A stretch of DNA of 64,000 nucleotides from Coleofasciculus sp. B1-GNL1-01 (GCA_040220235.1 JAVJTO010000070.1); one strand, 5' to 3'. Counted from the stretch's first letter, positions 31,374 to 42,582 are shown. Translations and numbers: made by a program. The notes: generated by a model not told the origin, from the letters alone.

Positions 31374-31429
31374 TTAGTAGATGCACCCTGATAATCTAGA
31401 GAGTTGCTTAGGTGACTCTCTTTTTTTTT
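31374..31429 (+). ncRNA. Putative ~55-nt sRNA (NsiR1-like core GTAGATGCACCCTGAT)
   Basis: -35 GTGACA (31339) and -10 TATAAT (31363), then a short non-coding stretch ending in an AGAGAGTTGC/GTGACTCTCT stem with a long T run. Confidence 0.65.
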
Positions 31430-31783
31430 GTCCTTTGTCCTTGGCGAATCAGGACGAACCGATCTCGACATTCATTGAGTAGAGGGCGACCCGATCCAAT
31501 TGAGTGGAATGGAGTTTTGAATTAGTCCAAGCGGGTCGCCCCTACACGGAACAGGTGTTTTGGAGCATTCATCCATAACGGGCGCAATCATGGGAAATTC
31601 TTAACGTATTCGTCTCGCCGCGATCGCAAGTCGTCTCAGCTTGATCAAACTGACGGTAATGCAGAGTCCAGTTAATCGCCAGTAGGTTAAAGCCGTGCTT
31701 TGGCGATCGCTTGTACACCACGCCAGATCAAACGTACTATCTGCGGAACGGTGCGGCGGCGGTGACGGTTTCGGTGAATCATA

Positions 31784-32131
31784 TTAGAGTTCTCCCAGTG
31801 CAGGTTGCAAATGCTGTAAGGCGGTGAGGAATTGTTGCTTTTTCTCCAAGGCTTGCAAGCCAGAACCTGTGATTTTGTAATAACGTCGGCGTGCGCCTGT
31901 GGTTTCCTCAGGCGCTTCATCACCCCAGCGAGAGGTAACAAATCCCCGCTTTTCTAGTTTTCGCAAGGTGGGGTAAAGAGAACTGAAGCCAATGGTGCGT
32001 GCACCTTTGCTGGCTTGCGCGATCGCACTCATAATCTCCAATCCATAGCGTTCTCGATACATCAGCGCATTCAGGATCGATTCTTCGATCAGCGTCAGAT
32101 TCAGCGTGTCGTCTTTGTTGCGAGTGGACAT
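31784..32131 (-). CDS. PadR family transcriptional regulator
   Basis: RYGLEI, SSLYPTLRKLEKRG and RRRYYKIT. Confidence 0.92.
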   Translation of the reverse strand: MSTRNKDDTLNLTLIEESILNALMYRERYGLEIMSAIAQASKGARTIGFSSLYPTLRKLEKRGFVTSRWGDEAPEETTGARRRYYKITGSGLQALEKKQQFLTALQHLQPALGEL

Positions 32132-32164
32132 TGGGTCATCTCTACTATATTCATAGTTTCATTG

Positions 32165-32185
32165 TATATTCAATTTTTGAATATA
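32165..32185. promoter_or_regulatory. Palindrome upstream of padR (candidate autoregulatory operator)
   Basis: TATATTCAA-ttt-TTGAATATA, with an extra half-site at 32146. Confidence 0.5.
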
Positions 32186-32269
32186 GGGGTGTGATCGCTC
32201 CGTTCGTTCGTAGTAGGCGCTGACCGCGCCTCTATAATAAATGGAATCAGCAACAGAAACGCGATCGCG

Positions 32270-32953
32270 ATGGCAATCACCACAGCCAAATGGACAATAG
32301 ACGAGTATCACCGCATGATTGCGGCGGGGATTTTAGTGGATCGGCGAGTAGAACTACTTCAGGGAGAAATTGTCGAGATGTCACCAGAAGGAGAACCCCA
32401 CGCCTACTTCAATAGTGAAGCTGGGGAATATCTAATGCGACAGTTAAGCGATCGCGCGATGGTTCGGTTAGCTAAACCGATAAGCTGTTCGGCATTTAAA
32501 CCTTAATATCAATAACGGCGAAAGCCTTGTAGTGCGTTAAGCGAAGCCATGCCGCAGGCTTTGCATCTTGCTCGCTACTAATACCCAATTTAAATGCATG
32601 ACAGCTTAACACTCCCAAACAACTCTGAACCTGAACCTGATATTGCCATTGTGCAATGATTGGGGCGTGAATACCTAGAACATCACCCTTATCCAGACAA
32701 CATTTTATGGTTAATTGAATATTCAGAGTCCAGTTTAGAGAAAGATTTAGAGATAAAACGTAAAATTTATGCCCAAGTTGGTATTCCTGAATACTGGGTT
32801 GTTAATCTTAAAAGAAGACAACTGATTGTTTTGCGAGATCCCCAAGATGGGAAATACGCTTCCAGAGCTACGTTAACTGGAGGAATAATTTATCCCCTAG
32901 CGTTTCCTGATCTAAATATATCCGTTGATTCTATTGTCACTATTGATACTTAA
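32270..32953 (+). pseudogene. Uma2 family gene disrupted by a MITE and a nonsense mutation
   Basis: Near-identical to 35329-35880; MITE at 32483-32606; CGA>TGA at 32657. Confidence 0.92.
32483..32606 (+). mobile_element. 124-bp MITE, copy 2, with TA target duplication
   Basis: The empty site AAACCGA-TA-ACACTCC is visible in the intact paralog near 35535. Confidence 0.92.
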
Positions 32954-33014
32954 CTGTAGGGACGCAAAGCTGACGCCATGGTATAGTATTCTAAACTAGC
33001 ATTGAGTTTTAGGG

Positions 33015-33662
33015 ATGAAACCCAAAACGCATAAAGGTCAATTAACGGTTTGGAAAGACGAAGGGGGGTTTGGCTTTATCAAACCCGATCATGGCGATCA
33101 AGACGTTTTTCTGCATATCAGTGGATTAAATAACCCTAATCGCCGTCCCCAAGTCGGTGACATTATCCGTTATCAAGTAACCGTTGCCAATAAAGGAAAA
33201 CTTCGTGCTAGCAAGGCTGTCATCGAAGGAAAAGCATCTCCGCCTAGTCCCAAACAGTTAGCCAAAATTTCTCCTAAAAGAAAGCGATCGAAAAAGAGAA
33301 CAAAATCATCTTCTCTAGTCTGGGAAGTTTTGTTTTTATCTCTATTTCCTCTTGGCGGCTCGATTCACTTGGCATCAATAACATCAAATTTAATTCCTCT
33401 CCTGTTGTATTTGATCATGAGTGGGTTAACCTTTGTCCTTTATGCTCACGATAAGTCCCGTGCTAGAACCGGAGAATCGAGGATACCTGAGAAAACGTTA
33501 CATTTGTGCGAACTAGCAGGTGGATGGTTAGGCGCATTCATTGCTCAACGCACCCTACGCCACAAAAGCAGCAAAAATTCTTACCAAGTCTTATTTTGGG
33601 CAATTGTGGCTTTTCATATCATGTTTTGGAGCGCTTGGCTGTTCAAACATTTATTTAATTGA
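33015..33662 (+). CDS. Cold-shock domain + DUF1294 membrane protein
   Basis: GFGFI and DVFLHIS RNP motifs; YAHDKSRA...RIPEKTLH...GGWLGA...RHK. Confidence 0.9.
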   Translation: MKPKTHKGQLTVWKDEGGFGFIKPDHGDQDVFLHISGLNNPNRRPQVGDIIRYQVTVANKGKLRASKAVIEGKASPPSPKQLAKISPKRKRSKKRTKSSSLVWEVLFLSLFPLGGSIHLASITSNLIPLLLYLIMSGLTFVLYAHDKSRARTGESRIPEKTLHLCELAGGWLGAFIAQRTLRHKSSKNSYQVLFWAIVAFHIMFWSAWLFKHLFN

Positions 33663-33676
33663 GTGGAAAAATGAGG

Positions 33677-33768
33677 TTAAAAAACTTTTGTGCTTGGGCA
33701 ATTGCTCAACTTGATATTACTCAATATCCGGATTTGATGGAATTACAAACAAAAATTGAGAACTTATA
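33677..33768 (+). pseudogene. 3' remnant of a second copy of the TOPRIM-like gene (37335-38198)
   Basis: LKNFCAWAIAQLDITQYPDLMELQTKIENL* versus LKNFFNWAIDQLDITQYSDLMELQTEIENL*. Confidence 0.85.
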
Positions 33769-33881
33769 GCGTTGTCTTAATAGGGGACTCTTGGCTTCCG
33801 GGAACGACATCAATCATAATTTTCGCCCAGTCCAGGATTTTGCTAGACTTCAAATGACAGTTGGTATTTGTATCTCCAGCC

Positions 33882-35189
33882 ATGACAGCGACTCCAGTAC
33901 CATCCCAATCCCTCAGCGCGATCGCCCAATCCACTCGCCAAGCCGCACGACAGTTGGCGGTTATGTCCACTGATACCAAAAATCTAGCGATTGAAGCGAT
34001 CGCCAAAGCCTTAGAAACCGCAGCACCGGATATCTTGGCGGCGAATATCGCAGATTGTCAAGCCGCAGAAGCGGAAAGTATCCCTAAACCCCTGTACAAT
34101 CGCCTGAAGCTGGATGAGACGAAACTGAACGCCGCGATCGCGGGAGTGCGGGATGTGGGGAAGTTGACTGATCCCATTGGCGCAATCCAAATTCATCGGG
34201 AACTCGATGATGGATTAGTTCTCAAGCGTGTCACCTGTCCCCTGGGAGTCTTAGGCGTTATCTTTGAAGCACGTCCCGATGCGGTGATGCAAATTAGTTC
34301 CCTGGCGGTGAAATCGGGGAATGGGGTGATTCTTAAAGGAGGAAAGGAAGCGGTTCGATCCTGTGAAGCGATTGTTAACGCGATTCATAAAGGATTATCC
34401 ACCAGTTCAGTTGATCCAGCGGTAGTGCAACTCTTAACCACGCGAGAGGAGACAATGGCGCTGTTGCAATTGGATGACTACATTGATTTAATTATTCCCC
34501 GAGGCTCAAATTCCTTTGTCCGCTTCGTTCAAGACAATACTCGGATTCCGGTATTGGGTCATGCTGATGGAATCTGTCATGGTTATATTGATCGGGCGGC
34601 TGACTTGCAAAAAGCCGTGGAGATTACCGTCGATGCGAAAACCCAGTATCCGGCGGTGTGTAATGCGATAGAGACGCTACTGGTACATCGGGCGATCGCG
34701 CCGAGTTTCCTTCCCCTAGCCGCAAAAGCCTTAAAAGAACGGCTGGTAGAACTTCGTGGCGATGAAGCAACCTGTCAAATGATTGACTGTTCAGCCGCCA
34801 CAGATGCGGATTGGTCTACAGAATACAATGATTTAACTCTGTCGATTAAAATTGTTGATTCCTTAGAAGACGCCATTAACCATATCAATCATTATGGTTC
34901 TGGGCATACCGATGTTATTGTTACCGAAGATTCCGATATTGCCCAGATATTCCTCAATCAAGTCGATGGCGCGAATGTGTTCCACAACTGTTCGACTCGG
35001 TTTGCGGATGGGTTCCGTTATGGGTTTGGCGCGGAAGTGGGAATTAGTACAAATAAATTACCGCCTCGTGGTCCTGTGGGATTGGAGGGATTGGTGACAT
35101 ATAAGTATCAAATGACAGGTCAAGGTCAGGTTGTGGCGAGTTATAGTGGCAAGGATGCGAAATCCTTTACCCATCGGGATTTGGATTGA
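33882..35189 (+). CDS. proA: Gamma-glutamyl phosphate reductase
   Basis: [26 protein letters not shown] and [20 protein letters not shown]. Confidence 0.97.
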   Translation: MTATPVPSQSLSAIAQSTRQAARQLAVMSTDTKNLAIEAIAKALETAAPDILAANIADCQAAEAESIPKPLYNRLKLDETKLNAAIAGVRDVGKLTDPIGAIQIHRELDDGLVLKRVTCPLGVLGVIFEARPDAVMQISSLAVKSGNGVILKGGKEAVRSCEAIVNAIHKGLSTSSVDPAVVQLLTTREETMALLQLDDYIDLIIPRGSNSFVRFVQDNTRIPVLGHADGICHGYIDRAADLQKAVEITVDAKTQYPAVCNAIETLLVHRAIAPSFLPLAAKALKERLVELRGDEATCQMIDCSAATDADWSTEYNDLTLSIKIVDSLEDAINHINHYGSGHTDVIVTEDSDIAQIFLNQVDGANVFHNCSTRFADGFRYGFGAEVGISTNKLPPRGPVGLEGLVTYKYQMTGQGQVVASYSGKDAKSFTHRDLD

Positions 35190-35328
35190 AGAAAACCTAA
35201 CAATAATTGGTGTTTCATCTTTTGTCTTCAAGTGTTGAATATAGAGGTGCGATCGCGCCATTCGTTCGTAGTTGCGCTTCAGCGCCTCTATAGTTAGCAA
35301 TAAAGCCAGCCAAATAAACGCGATCGCA

Positions 35329-35880
35329 ATGGCAATCACCACAGCCAAATGGACAATAGACGAGTATCATCGCATGATTGCGGCGGGGATTTTAGAGGAT
35401 CGGCGTGTGGAACTACTCCAAGGAGAAATTGTCGAGATTTCACCAGAAGGAGAACCCCACGCCTACTTCAGTAGTGAAGCTGGGGAATATCTAATGCGGC
35501 GGTTAAGCGATCGCGCGATGGTTCGTTTAGCTAAACCGATAACACTCCCAAACAACTCTGAACCTGAACCCGATATCGCCATTGTGCAACGATTGGGGCG
35601 TGAATACCTAGACCATCACCCTTATCCAGACAACATTTTTTGGCTAATTGAGTATTCCGAGTCCAGTTTAGAGAAAGATTTAGAGATAAAACGTAAAATT
35701 TATGCCCAAGTTGGTATTTCTGAATACTGGGTCATTAATCTACAAAGAAGACAACTGATTGTATTTCGAGATCCCCAAGATGGAGAATACGCTTCCCGAT
35801 CTGCCTTAGCGGGAGGGATAATTTATCCCCTAGCGTTTCCTGATATAAGTATATCCGTCGATTCTATTGTCAGTATGTAA
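35329..35880 (+). CDS. Uma2 family endonuclease-fold protein (intact)
   Basis: WTIDEYHRM, VELLQGEI, EPEPDIAIV and EYWV. Confidence 0.9.
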   Translation: MAITTAKWTIDEYHRMIAAGILEDRRVELLQGEIVEISPEGEPHAYFSSEAGEYLMRRLSDRAMVRLAKPITLPNNSEPEPDIAIVQRLGREYLDHHPYPDNIFWLIEYSESSLEKDLEIKRKIYAQVGISEYWVINLQRRQLIVFRDPQDGEYASRSALAGGIIYPLAFPDISISVDSIVSM

Positions 35881-35932
35881 ATAATGTATAACCTAGTTTT
35901 TTTGTGATAAATGTATCAAATCGAATTCGTAA

Positions 35933-36241
35933 TGCTGTTCGAGATTTACATTACTTCAAGAAGAAGGACGCTATTCAATTCGTGAGGTATTTTATGAGCC
36001 AGATGGTACGATTGTCGCTTATAGTAAAGCACCTGTTGTTGTTGTTGGCGCTTCGCTGGAAGAATTGATCCAACTGGTCAAATGGTTTAAGGATGCATTC
36101 GACTTACCTGTGTTATCAATAGAAGAAGTAGATGCTCAAGTTGCAGAAAAACCGACAGATGCCAAGTCAAAGCACGAGAACAATATTCCCTTAAACGATC
36201 TAATTGCCCAACTATCTACTGAGACTGAGTCAGGTGACTAA
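35933..36241 (+). pseudogene. Start-less 102-codon reading frame (5'-truncated hypothetical gene)
   Basis: Open frame ...GRYSIREVFYEPDGTIVAYSKAPVVVVGASLEEL...; in-frame TAA at 35930 and no start codon nearby. Confidence 0.55.
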
Positions 36242-36267
36242 ACACGTAAATAGTTAAATAATTTGCC

Positions 36268-37332
36268 ATGAAAGTTCAATCGGTCGAGTTAAAGTATTTC
36301 AAGAAATTCAGAAATCCGCCTGTATTTGATTTTACGGATTCGGAAACGGGTTTAGCACGAGATATTATTGTCCTAATTGGCATGAATGGTGCGGGTAAAA
36401 CCAGTCTTTTACAGGCAATTGCGGCGACGCTAGGAGTAGCAACTGGACGATTACAAAAACTTCCTGATTTAGATTGGGTAGGATTTAATTATGAACTGTT
36501 AGGAAATAACTGGGGTCGATTTGAGCCAGATGTAACTCTAAAGGTACAATTTTCATCTGAAGAACTCCACGCTGTTCAGGAATTCCATCACAAGTTACAC
36601 GAAATGGGTCGTCATTTACCCGTTACTCCAGCAGAGGATTACCTAGCAACTTTGAAATGGCAAGGTGAGCGAGTCCAAGCAGATACGGCGCCTCAATTGT
36701 TTCAATTTAAAGGGCGAGATTATGCCAAACAACTGCGGCGATCTGAAGGGTTTCAGGTGTTTGAACGAGTGGGTACAGTATTCTGGTATACCGATCAAAG
36801 AACGTCAACAAGTTTAACCAGTGAAGATCCCGATCAAAAAATTGAAATAACTGAAAACATTTTACGCGATCGCCTATCAAAATGGCGTCAGTTCCATCAA
36901 GATATTGAAATAGGTAGAATTAAGCAACTACGTCCAGGACAAAAAGATGTGTACGCTGAAATTGAACAAGTTTACCAGAAGGTTTTCCCCGAACGTAGTT
37001 TTGAAGGTCCGGTTCCCCGCGAAAATATTGATGATATCCTGAGTGAACCATGGTTTTATCTCTACGATGGCAAAAACCAGTATGAAATTTCGGAACTCTC
37101 TGGCGGAGAACGGGCTATATTTCCCATGTTAATGGACTTTGCCAACTGGAATATTCATAATTCAGTCATCTTGATTGATGAACTTGAATTACATTTACAT
37201 CCGCCAATGCAACAAGCATTGCTGAGGACTTTGCCAAAGTTGGGTAAAAATAATCAATTTATCATCACAACTCACTCTGATTATGTAGAGCAATTAGTCC
37301 CTGAAGCACATATTATCCGGTTAGAGGTGTAA
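36268..37332 (+). CDS. ABC/AAA_21-type ATPase (OLD/AriA-like)
   Basis: GMNGAGKT, LSGGE signature, LIDELELHLHP and ITTHS. Confidence 0.9.
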   Translation: MKVQSVELKYFKKFRNPPVFDFTDSETGLARDIIVLIGMNGAGKTSLLQAIAATLGVATGRLQKLPDLDWVGFNYELLGNNWGRFEPDVTLKVQFSSEELHAVQEFHHKLHEMGRHLPVTPAEDYLATLKWQGERVQADTAPQLFQFKGRDYAKQLRRSEGFQVFERVGTVFWYTDQRTSTSLTSEDPDQKIEITENILRDRLSKWRQFHQDIEIGRIKQLRPGQKDVYAEIEQVYQKVFPERSFEGPVPRENIDDILSEPWFYLYDGKNQYEISELSGGERAIFPMLMDFANWNIHNSVILIDELELHLHPPMQQALLRTLPKLGKNNQFIITTHSDYVEQLVPEAHIIRLEV

Positions 37333-37334
37333 CT

Positions 37335-38198
37335 TTGAGTGTCTCTGATAAGGTTATTTTCTGTGAGGGGAAACAAACCAGTTTAGATATCAAGCTTCTA
37401 GAGCGCATCTTAGCAGAACAACCAGGACAGAGACCAACAATTGTGTCGGCTGGTGGGAAGTTTACCTTTTCAGTTTTTGCTCAAGGTTATTTTTTTCCTG
37501 ATGAAGCGATCAACCAACGATACATCATTTTTAGGGATAGAGATTTTGATGTTCAACCAACCGCAAACGTTAAATTACTACAACTGGGACAACGCTGCTT
37601 TTTAACTCATCGTGCTTGTGTTGAAAATTATCTTTTAGATGCTGATTTAATTCATAAGTATTGGCAGGCTAAGTTTACAGAGAAATCGGAAAATCCTTTA
37701 TCCAAGTGGGGACATGGCGATTCACCGGGAATTGAGACAATTGCAGCATGGATTGACAGTGCAGCAAGGACGCTGACAGACTATCAAGCAGTAAGATGGG
37801 CATTGGCTGATGTAGCGAAGCCAAGTGTGGCGCGATCGCAGCTTGAAACAACTTGGACAAAAGGTAGTGGTAACCTTCCAGCTTCTTTAGATTTACAACA
37901 CTGTCAAGCTGAAGCCAAGAAACTCATTCAGACATTTAAAGAAGCTGTTGATCAAGTCACCCAAGATAGATTTGAAGAAAGTCTCGTTATCTATCAGACT
38001 CAGTTTGACCAAGCTGAATTTTGGCAACAGAAACAGTATTTGATTTGGTTTCATGGTAAAGATTTGCAAAAAGCTATGCAGCGACAAGAATCTCAATACA
38101 TTTCTTTAAAAAACTTTTTTAATTGGGCAATTGATCAACTTGATATTACTCAATATTCTGATTTGATGGAATTACAAACAGAAATTGAGAACTTATAA
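37335..38198 (+). CDS. TOPRIM-like partner protein (DUF4435/AriB-like)
   Basis: VIFCEG, RDRDFD, VENYLL and HGKDL; starts 2 bp after the ATPase stop. Confidence 0.7.
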   Translation: MSVSDKVIFCEGKQTSLDIKLLERILAEQPGQRPTIVSAGGKFTFSVFAQGYFFPDEAINQRYIIFRDRDFDVQPTANVKLLQLGQRCFLTHRACVENYLLDADLIHKYWQAKFTEKSENPLSKWGHGDSPGIETIAAWIDSAARTLTDYQAVRWALADVAKPSVARSQLETTWTKGSGNLPASLDLQHCQAEAKKLIQTFKEAVDQVTQDRFEESLVIYQTQFDQAEFWQQKQYLIWFHGKDLQKAMQRQESQYISLKNFFNWAIDQLDITQYSDLMELQTEIENL

Positions 38199-38258
38199 GT
38201 AGATGGACACAATTAAACTTAACGGTAGAGACGTTCCAGGGAACGTCTCTACACCAAC

Positions 38259-40889
38259 CTATTTTGTGGTACTCTTACGACTCTTCGAGGATTTCGAGGA
38301 TTTCGAGGATTTTGAGGATTTTGATTTTTTGGAACGACTGCTGGATTTTTTCGCCGCCAATAGTTCCAAGGCTTTTTCTAGGGTAATCTCCTCAACCGAT
38401 AAATCCTCCGGGAGTCCCGCATTGGTTTTACCATGTTTAACATACGTTCCATAAGGACCCTCGTAGACATTGACGGGTTCTTTGTCCTCCGGATGTTCCC
38501 CTAATTCCTTTAAAGGAGTCTTAGACTTGCTGCGACTACCCCCTTTAGATTTCTTCGGCTGAGACAAAATTTCCAATGCACGATCCATGGAAATTGTCAA
38601 TACATCATCGTCTTTTTTCAGAGAACGATAATCTTTTCCCTCTTTCCCCTGGTTGTGGACAACATAAGGACCAAAACGTCCCAATCCCGCCTGAACTTTA
38701 CCCCCAGTGGCGGGATGAACCCCTAAGGTACGGGGGAGGGCTAATAAACCCAGCGCCATGTCCAGAGTGACATCTTCCAGGTTCACCCCTTTGGGTAAAG
38801 ACATCCGCTTCGGTTTCTTATTCTCCTCCGAGACTTCACCCAGTTGCACATAAGGACCATAACTCCCGATTAACAGATAAATCGGTTCACCTGTTTCCGG
38901 ATGCAGCCCCAATTTTTCCGGTCCTTGGGTTTTTTGCTTGAGGATTACCCCCACCTGTTCAGCATCCAGTTCCGAGGGGGTCAAATCTTGGGGAATGGAC
39001 GCGGTGATGGAACCATCGCCATTTTCGGCTTCGATGTAGGGACCAAATTTACCAATGCGAACTTTGACATCCAGATTTTCCAGTTCGATACTCCGGGCTT
39101 CGTTGGGATCAATTTGGTCTTCCCGTTCGCGAACTTGGGTTTCTAAGCCGTTGTCACCCCGATAAAATTTCTCCAGATAGGGTAGCCATTCGGCTTCTCC
39201 GGTGGAGATTTCGTCCAGGGTTTGTTCCATTTTGGCGGTAAAGCTGGTGTCTACCAAGTCAGGGAAATGTTTCTCTAATAAACTGGTGACGGCAAAGGCG
39301 GTGAAGGTGGGGATGAGGGTCTTTTTTTGCATTTGGGCATAGCCGCGATCGATAATTGTACCGATAATGCTGGCGTAGGTACTGGGACGCCCAATTCCTT
39401 CACTTTCTAGGGTTTTGACCAGGGAGGCTTCGGTGTAGCGCCCTGGGGGTTGGGTTTCATGACCGACGGCTTCTAACTCTTTGCACTCGGGATGATCTCC
39501 GACGGCTAAGGCGGGAAGGACGACTTCTTGGTCTTCTAAGGCGGCGTCAGGATCATCGGAACCCTCTACATACGCCCGCAGATAACCGGGAAAATCAATA
39601 CGTTTACCTGTAGACCGAAATCCGGCATCTTCGACTTCCAAGTCTACGGTAATGTGGGTTTGGCGCGAATCTGCCATTTGGCTGGCGACGGTGCGCTTCC
39701 AAATTAACTCATACAGTTGTAATTCACGACCCGATAGTCCAGTATCTCTGGGGGTACGGAACGTATTTCCGGCGGGGCGAATCGCTTCGTGGGCTTCTTG
39801 GGCGGCTTTACTTTTGGTGCTGTACTGACGCGGTTTGGGGCTGAGGTATTGCTGACCATACATTTGTTCGACGCAACTCCGGGCTGCCGCGATCGCTTGT
39901 GCGGATAAATGCACCGAATCCGTCCGCATATAGGTAATATACCCCTGTTCATACAAGTTTTGAGCCGTCCGCATCGTATCTCGCGCCGATAGGCTTAATT
40001 TGCGGTTGGCTTCCTGTTGCAGGGTGGAGGTGGTAAACGGGGGGGCGGGTTTGCGGGTGATGGGGCGTTCGTCTAGGTCAGTCACCGTCCAGGTTTTGTC
40101 TGTCAGCCGCGCCTGTAAGTCTCGCGCTTCGGCTTCATTCAGCAGCCGCACAGTCCGCCCTTCAATAATTTGCCCGGTGTTGGCGTCGAAATCACTTCCG
40201 GTGGCTATTTTTGTCCCCGCTAGGGTGACAAGTTTGGATTCAAAGGGCGTATTGTCTTGGTCTAAAAGGGCTTTTAAATCCCAATAACTCCCTTGACGGA
40301 ACGCACGGCGTTGGCGTTCTCGATGCACCAGCAGCCGTACAGAAACGGACTGAACCCGACCGGCTGATAATCCCCAGGCGATTTTTTTCCACAGTAGAGG
40401 CGAGAGGGTATAGCCCACCAATCGGTCTAAAATTCGGCGGGTTTCTTGGGCGTGTACCAGTTGGTCATCAATATCCCGACAGTTTTGCAGGGCGTCACGA
40501 ATGGCTTCTTGGGTAATTTCATGAAAAACCATGCGTTTGCAGGGAATTTTGGGTTTGAGGACTTGCAACAAATGCCAACTAATGCTTTCCCCTTCCCGGT
40601 CTTCGTCTGTGGCGAGTACCAACTCTTCGGCGTTTTTCAAGGCGTCTTTGAGTTGTTTGACAACTTTCTTTTTATCCTTGGGGACAACGTAGATGGGTTC
40701 AAAATCTGCCTCTACATTGACCCCCAACTGCGCCCATTTTTCTCCCTTGACGGCTTCGGGGATCTCACTAGCCGATTGAGGGAGGTCACGAATATGACCC
40801 ATTGACGCTTCTACTTGATAGTCCGAAGGCAAGTAGTTACGAATGGTACGGGCTTTGGTGGGAGATTCGACGATGACGAGGGTGGTCAT
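38259..40889 (-). CDS. topA: Type IA DNA topoisomerase I
   Basis: [26 protein letters not shown] and YITYMRTDS; Toprim_C repeats; basic SKS tail. Confidence 0.98.
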   Translation of the reverse strand: MTTLVIVESPTKARTIRNYLPSDYQVEASMGHIRDLPQSASEIPEAVKGEKWAQLGVNVEADFEPIYVVPKDKKKVVKQLKDALKNAEELVLATDEDREGESISWHLLQVLKPKIPCKRMVFHEITQEAIRDALQNCRDIDDQLVHAQETRRILDRLVGYTLSPLLWKKIAWGLSAGRVQSVSVRLLVHRERQRRAFRQGSYWDLKALLDQDNTPFESKLVTLAGTKIATGSDFDANTGQIIEGRTVRLLNEAEARDLQARLTDKTWTVTDLDERPITRKPAPPFTTSTLQQEANRKLSLSARDTMRTAQNLYEQGYITYMRTDSVHLSAQAIAAARSCVEQMYGQQYLSPKPRQYSTKSKAAQEAHEAIRPAGNTFRTPRDTGLSGRELQLYELIWKRTVASQMADSRQTHITVDLEVEDAGFRSTGKRIDFPGYLRAYVEGSDDPDAALEDQEVVLPALAVGDHPECKELEAVGHETQPPGRYTEASLVKTLESEGIGRPSTYASIIGTIIDRGYAQMQKKTLIPTFTAFAVTSLLEKHFPDLVDTSFTAKMEQTLDEISTGEAEWLPYLEKFYRGDNGLETQVREREDQIDPNEARSIELENLDVKVRIGKFGPYIEAENGDGSITASIPQDLTPSELDAEQVGVILKQKTQGPEKLGLHPETGEPIYLLIGSYGPYVQLGEVSEENKKPKRMSLPKGVNLEDVTLDMALGLLALPRTLGVHPATGGKVQAGLGRFGPYVVHNQGKEGKDYRSLKKDDDVLTISMDRALEILSQPKKSKGGSRSKSKTPLKELGEHPEDKEPVNVYEGPYGTYVKHGKTNAGLPEDLSVEEITLEKALELLAAKKSSSRSKKSKSSKSSKSSKSSKSRKSTTK

Positions 40890-41020
40890 GGGAGTCCTCA
40901 AAATAGCAGCCTAGCTGAACAGTCTAATCTAAGTCGTTTATGCAGGGTCTCAAGTCATTGATCCGTAATCCGGGCGTTTGAACCTTTCCCTTCGTTCAAG
41001 AGAACCGGGTGCGTGAGTGC

Positions 41021-41090
41021 GTAGGGGCGGGTTTAGGGACTTTCTTGTCGCTATTGATGGTAACAGTTGTACAAAACCTGCCCTGACCGA
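41021..41090. repeat. Free-standing REP-like unit matching those inside the Rep gene
   Basis: GTAGGGGCGGGTTTAGGGAC...GTACAAAACCTGCCCTGACCGA. Confidence 0.85.
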
Positions 41091-41407
41091 TTCTTCACGT
41101 CGCTTAAGGACATGGTTTTGAGTGGGAGTGATGTTCATGGGTGTTGGCGTATGCGGTGCATGATGGCTAGGTTAGGCGGTTGGTGCATCCCCAAAGTTGT
41201 AATTAGCAGGGCTATGCCAGGAATACAGTCCCAGTTAGTCCCATACTAAGCTACTGCTTTGGGTCGATCATTTATCCGATGTCTCTTCTTCTCTTATATA
41301 TCCCATCTCAACGGTAACTGCACTTTTTCCAGAGGAAAGGTGGGGAGTTGGGGGAGATGGGGGAGATGAGGGAGATGAGGGAGAAAATGTAATACTGAAC
41401 CAAGACT

Positions 41408-41635
41408 CTAGGTAGGGTTGGCTGCACAACTCCAAAACCCTTATCTATCAAGGCTTTGAGTAGCATGGACATTGGCTCATCTTCAAGAACATAATGTAAA
41501 ACCCTTTCATACCCCTGCACCGCTATCAGGGAAAATGTATCATTGCTTCCCCTGCTTCCCCTGCTTCCCCTGCTTCCCCTGCTTCCCCTGCTCTCTACCC
41601 CACCACAAGACTTATTCAGCAGCCCCTAGGTAGGG
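41408..41635. mobile_element. MITE-like element with an internal CTTCCCCTG tandem repeat
   Basis: Bounded by the direct repeat CTAGGTAGGG (41408, 41626) and imperfect ends GGGTTGGCTGCACAA / CTTATTCAGCAGCCC. Confidence 0.45.
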
Positions 41636-41775
41636 AGCAAGATGCTCCCACTACGAACATCTAATTGCCAAAAGGGTGATGATGATTGATTGTAAGAGGG
41701 GGATTAAAACCCAAGGGATATATTTTTTATATTCATCATAAATATGATGATTATTGCTAATTTATAATAGGTTAC

Positions 41776-42006
41776 TCACTGTGCAAAACTAGCCACTTCT
41801 ACAGGACGTTCAACCGCTAAGGATTTACGTTGGCGTTTAATCCGCTCAATTTCGTGAAGGGTTTGTGCGGTAAAATAGCTCTCACCACAATCAGGGCAAC
41901 TGAGGATTGGAATATTTTCGATCACGAGTAGGTCTTCACCCTTGCCGTATGCCCTAGTAATCTGGCGGATGATTACATTTTCACTTCCACAAATATCGCA
42001 CATCAT
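41776..42006 (-). CDS. YgiT/MqsA-type zinc finger protein (putative antitoxin)
   Basis: CDICG...VIENIP..CPDCGESYF. Confidence 0.88.
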   Translation of the reverse strand: MMCDICGSENVIIRQITRAYGKGEDLLVIENIPILSCPDCGESYFTAQTLHEIERIKRQRKSLAVERPVEVASFAQ

Positions 42007-42023
42007 ATAGCATTTTCCCGTTT

Positions 42024-42305
42024 TTAAGGTACATATACTGTAATGATAACTAGCTTCCCAGTTGGACTCAGCTTGGCAATTAACTCGACTTCCCCACCAT
42101 CAAGAGTTGTACCTCGAATGCGGTATTTCGATTCGGCGGTCGCCCTATCTTTTTGACGTTCCAGTATCTCGCCTGTCAGAATGCCTTGTTCAATATCATA
42201 GATCGTGAGGGTATCCTCGCTCATTTCTTCTTCAGCGTGGAGTGTCATTACATATTTTCGTGAGCGAATCTTTTCTCGCATTCGTTGCAAGATTTCATCG
42301 AACAT
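42024..42305 (-). CDS. DUF4258 protein (putative toxin)
   Basis: TLHAEEEM, ILTGEILE and LVIITVY; upstream of the YgiT zinc finger gene. Confidence 0.85.
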   Translation of the reverse strand: MFDEILQRMREKIRSRKYVMTLHAEEEMSEDTLTIYDIEQGILTGEILERQKDRATAESKYRIRGTTLDGGEVELIAKLSPTGKLVIITVYVP

Positions 42306-42367
42306 AGCATTACTAATTTCATCGACCTGTGTCCAAAATGATTATCCTAGTTTTCAGGGATTTGTTA

Positions 42368-42474
42368 TATAGCATTACGGGCATACGTTAGGACATTACT
42401 CTGTTGCCTATTGCCTATTCCCTATTGCCTTTTCACCTAATTTTATTGTCCTAACCTCAATGCGTAGTGCTATA
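42368..42474. mobile_element. MITE with ~28-bp terminal inverted repeats and an internal TTGCCTA repeat
   Basis: TATAGCATTACG...GTTAGGACA / TGTCCTAAC...CGTAGTGCTATA; related ends at 30602 and 63033. Confidence 0.7.
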
Positions 42475-42582
42475 ATAGAAATCTTTAGCCGATCGCACTC
42501 CCAATCATCGCCAATCATCAGTTGCTAGACCCGCCTCGATCAGGAGTCGGATAGGCATTGCCCACCCGACATCACATCCTTT

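Noticed and set aside
31687..31782. Arg-rich 31-codon ORF directly after padR
   Set aside because: It could be a relic PadR partner, but it is too short and has no recognisable motif
38284..38328. 9-bp tandem repeat and the + strand ORF 38203-38454 (FEDFED)
   Set aside because: It is the antisense of the basic SKS-repeat tail of TopA
40950..41520. Short ORFs upstream of topA
   Set aside because: They are built largely from REP-like and GGGGAGATG-type repeats; no coding evidence
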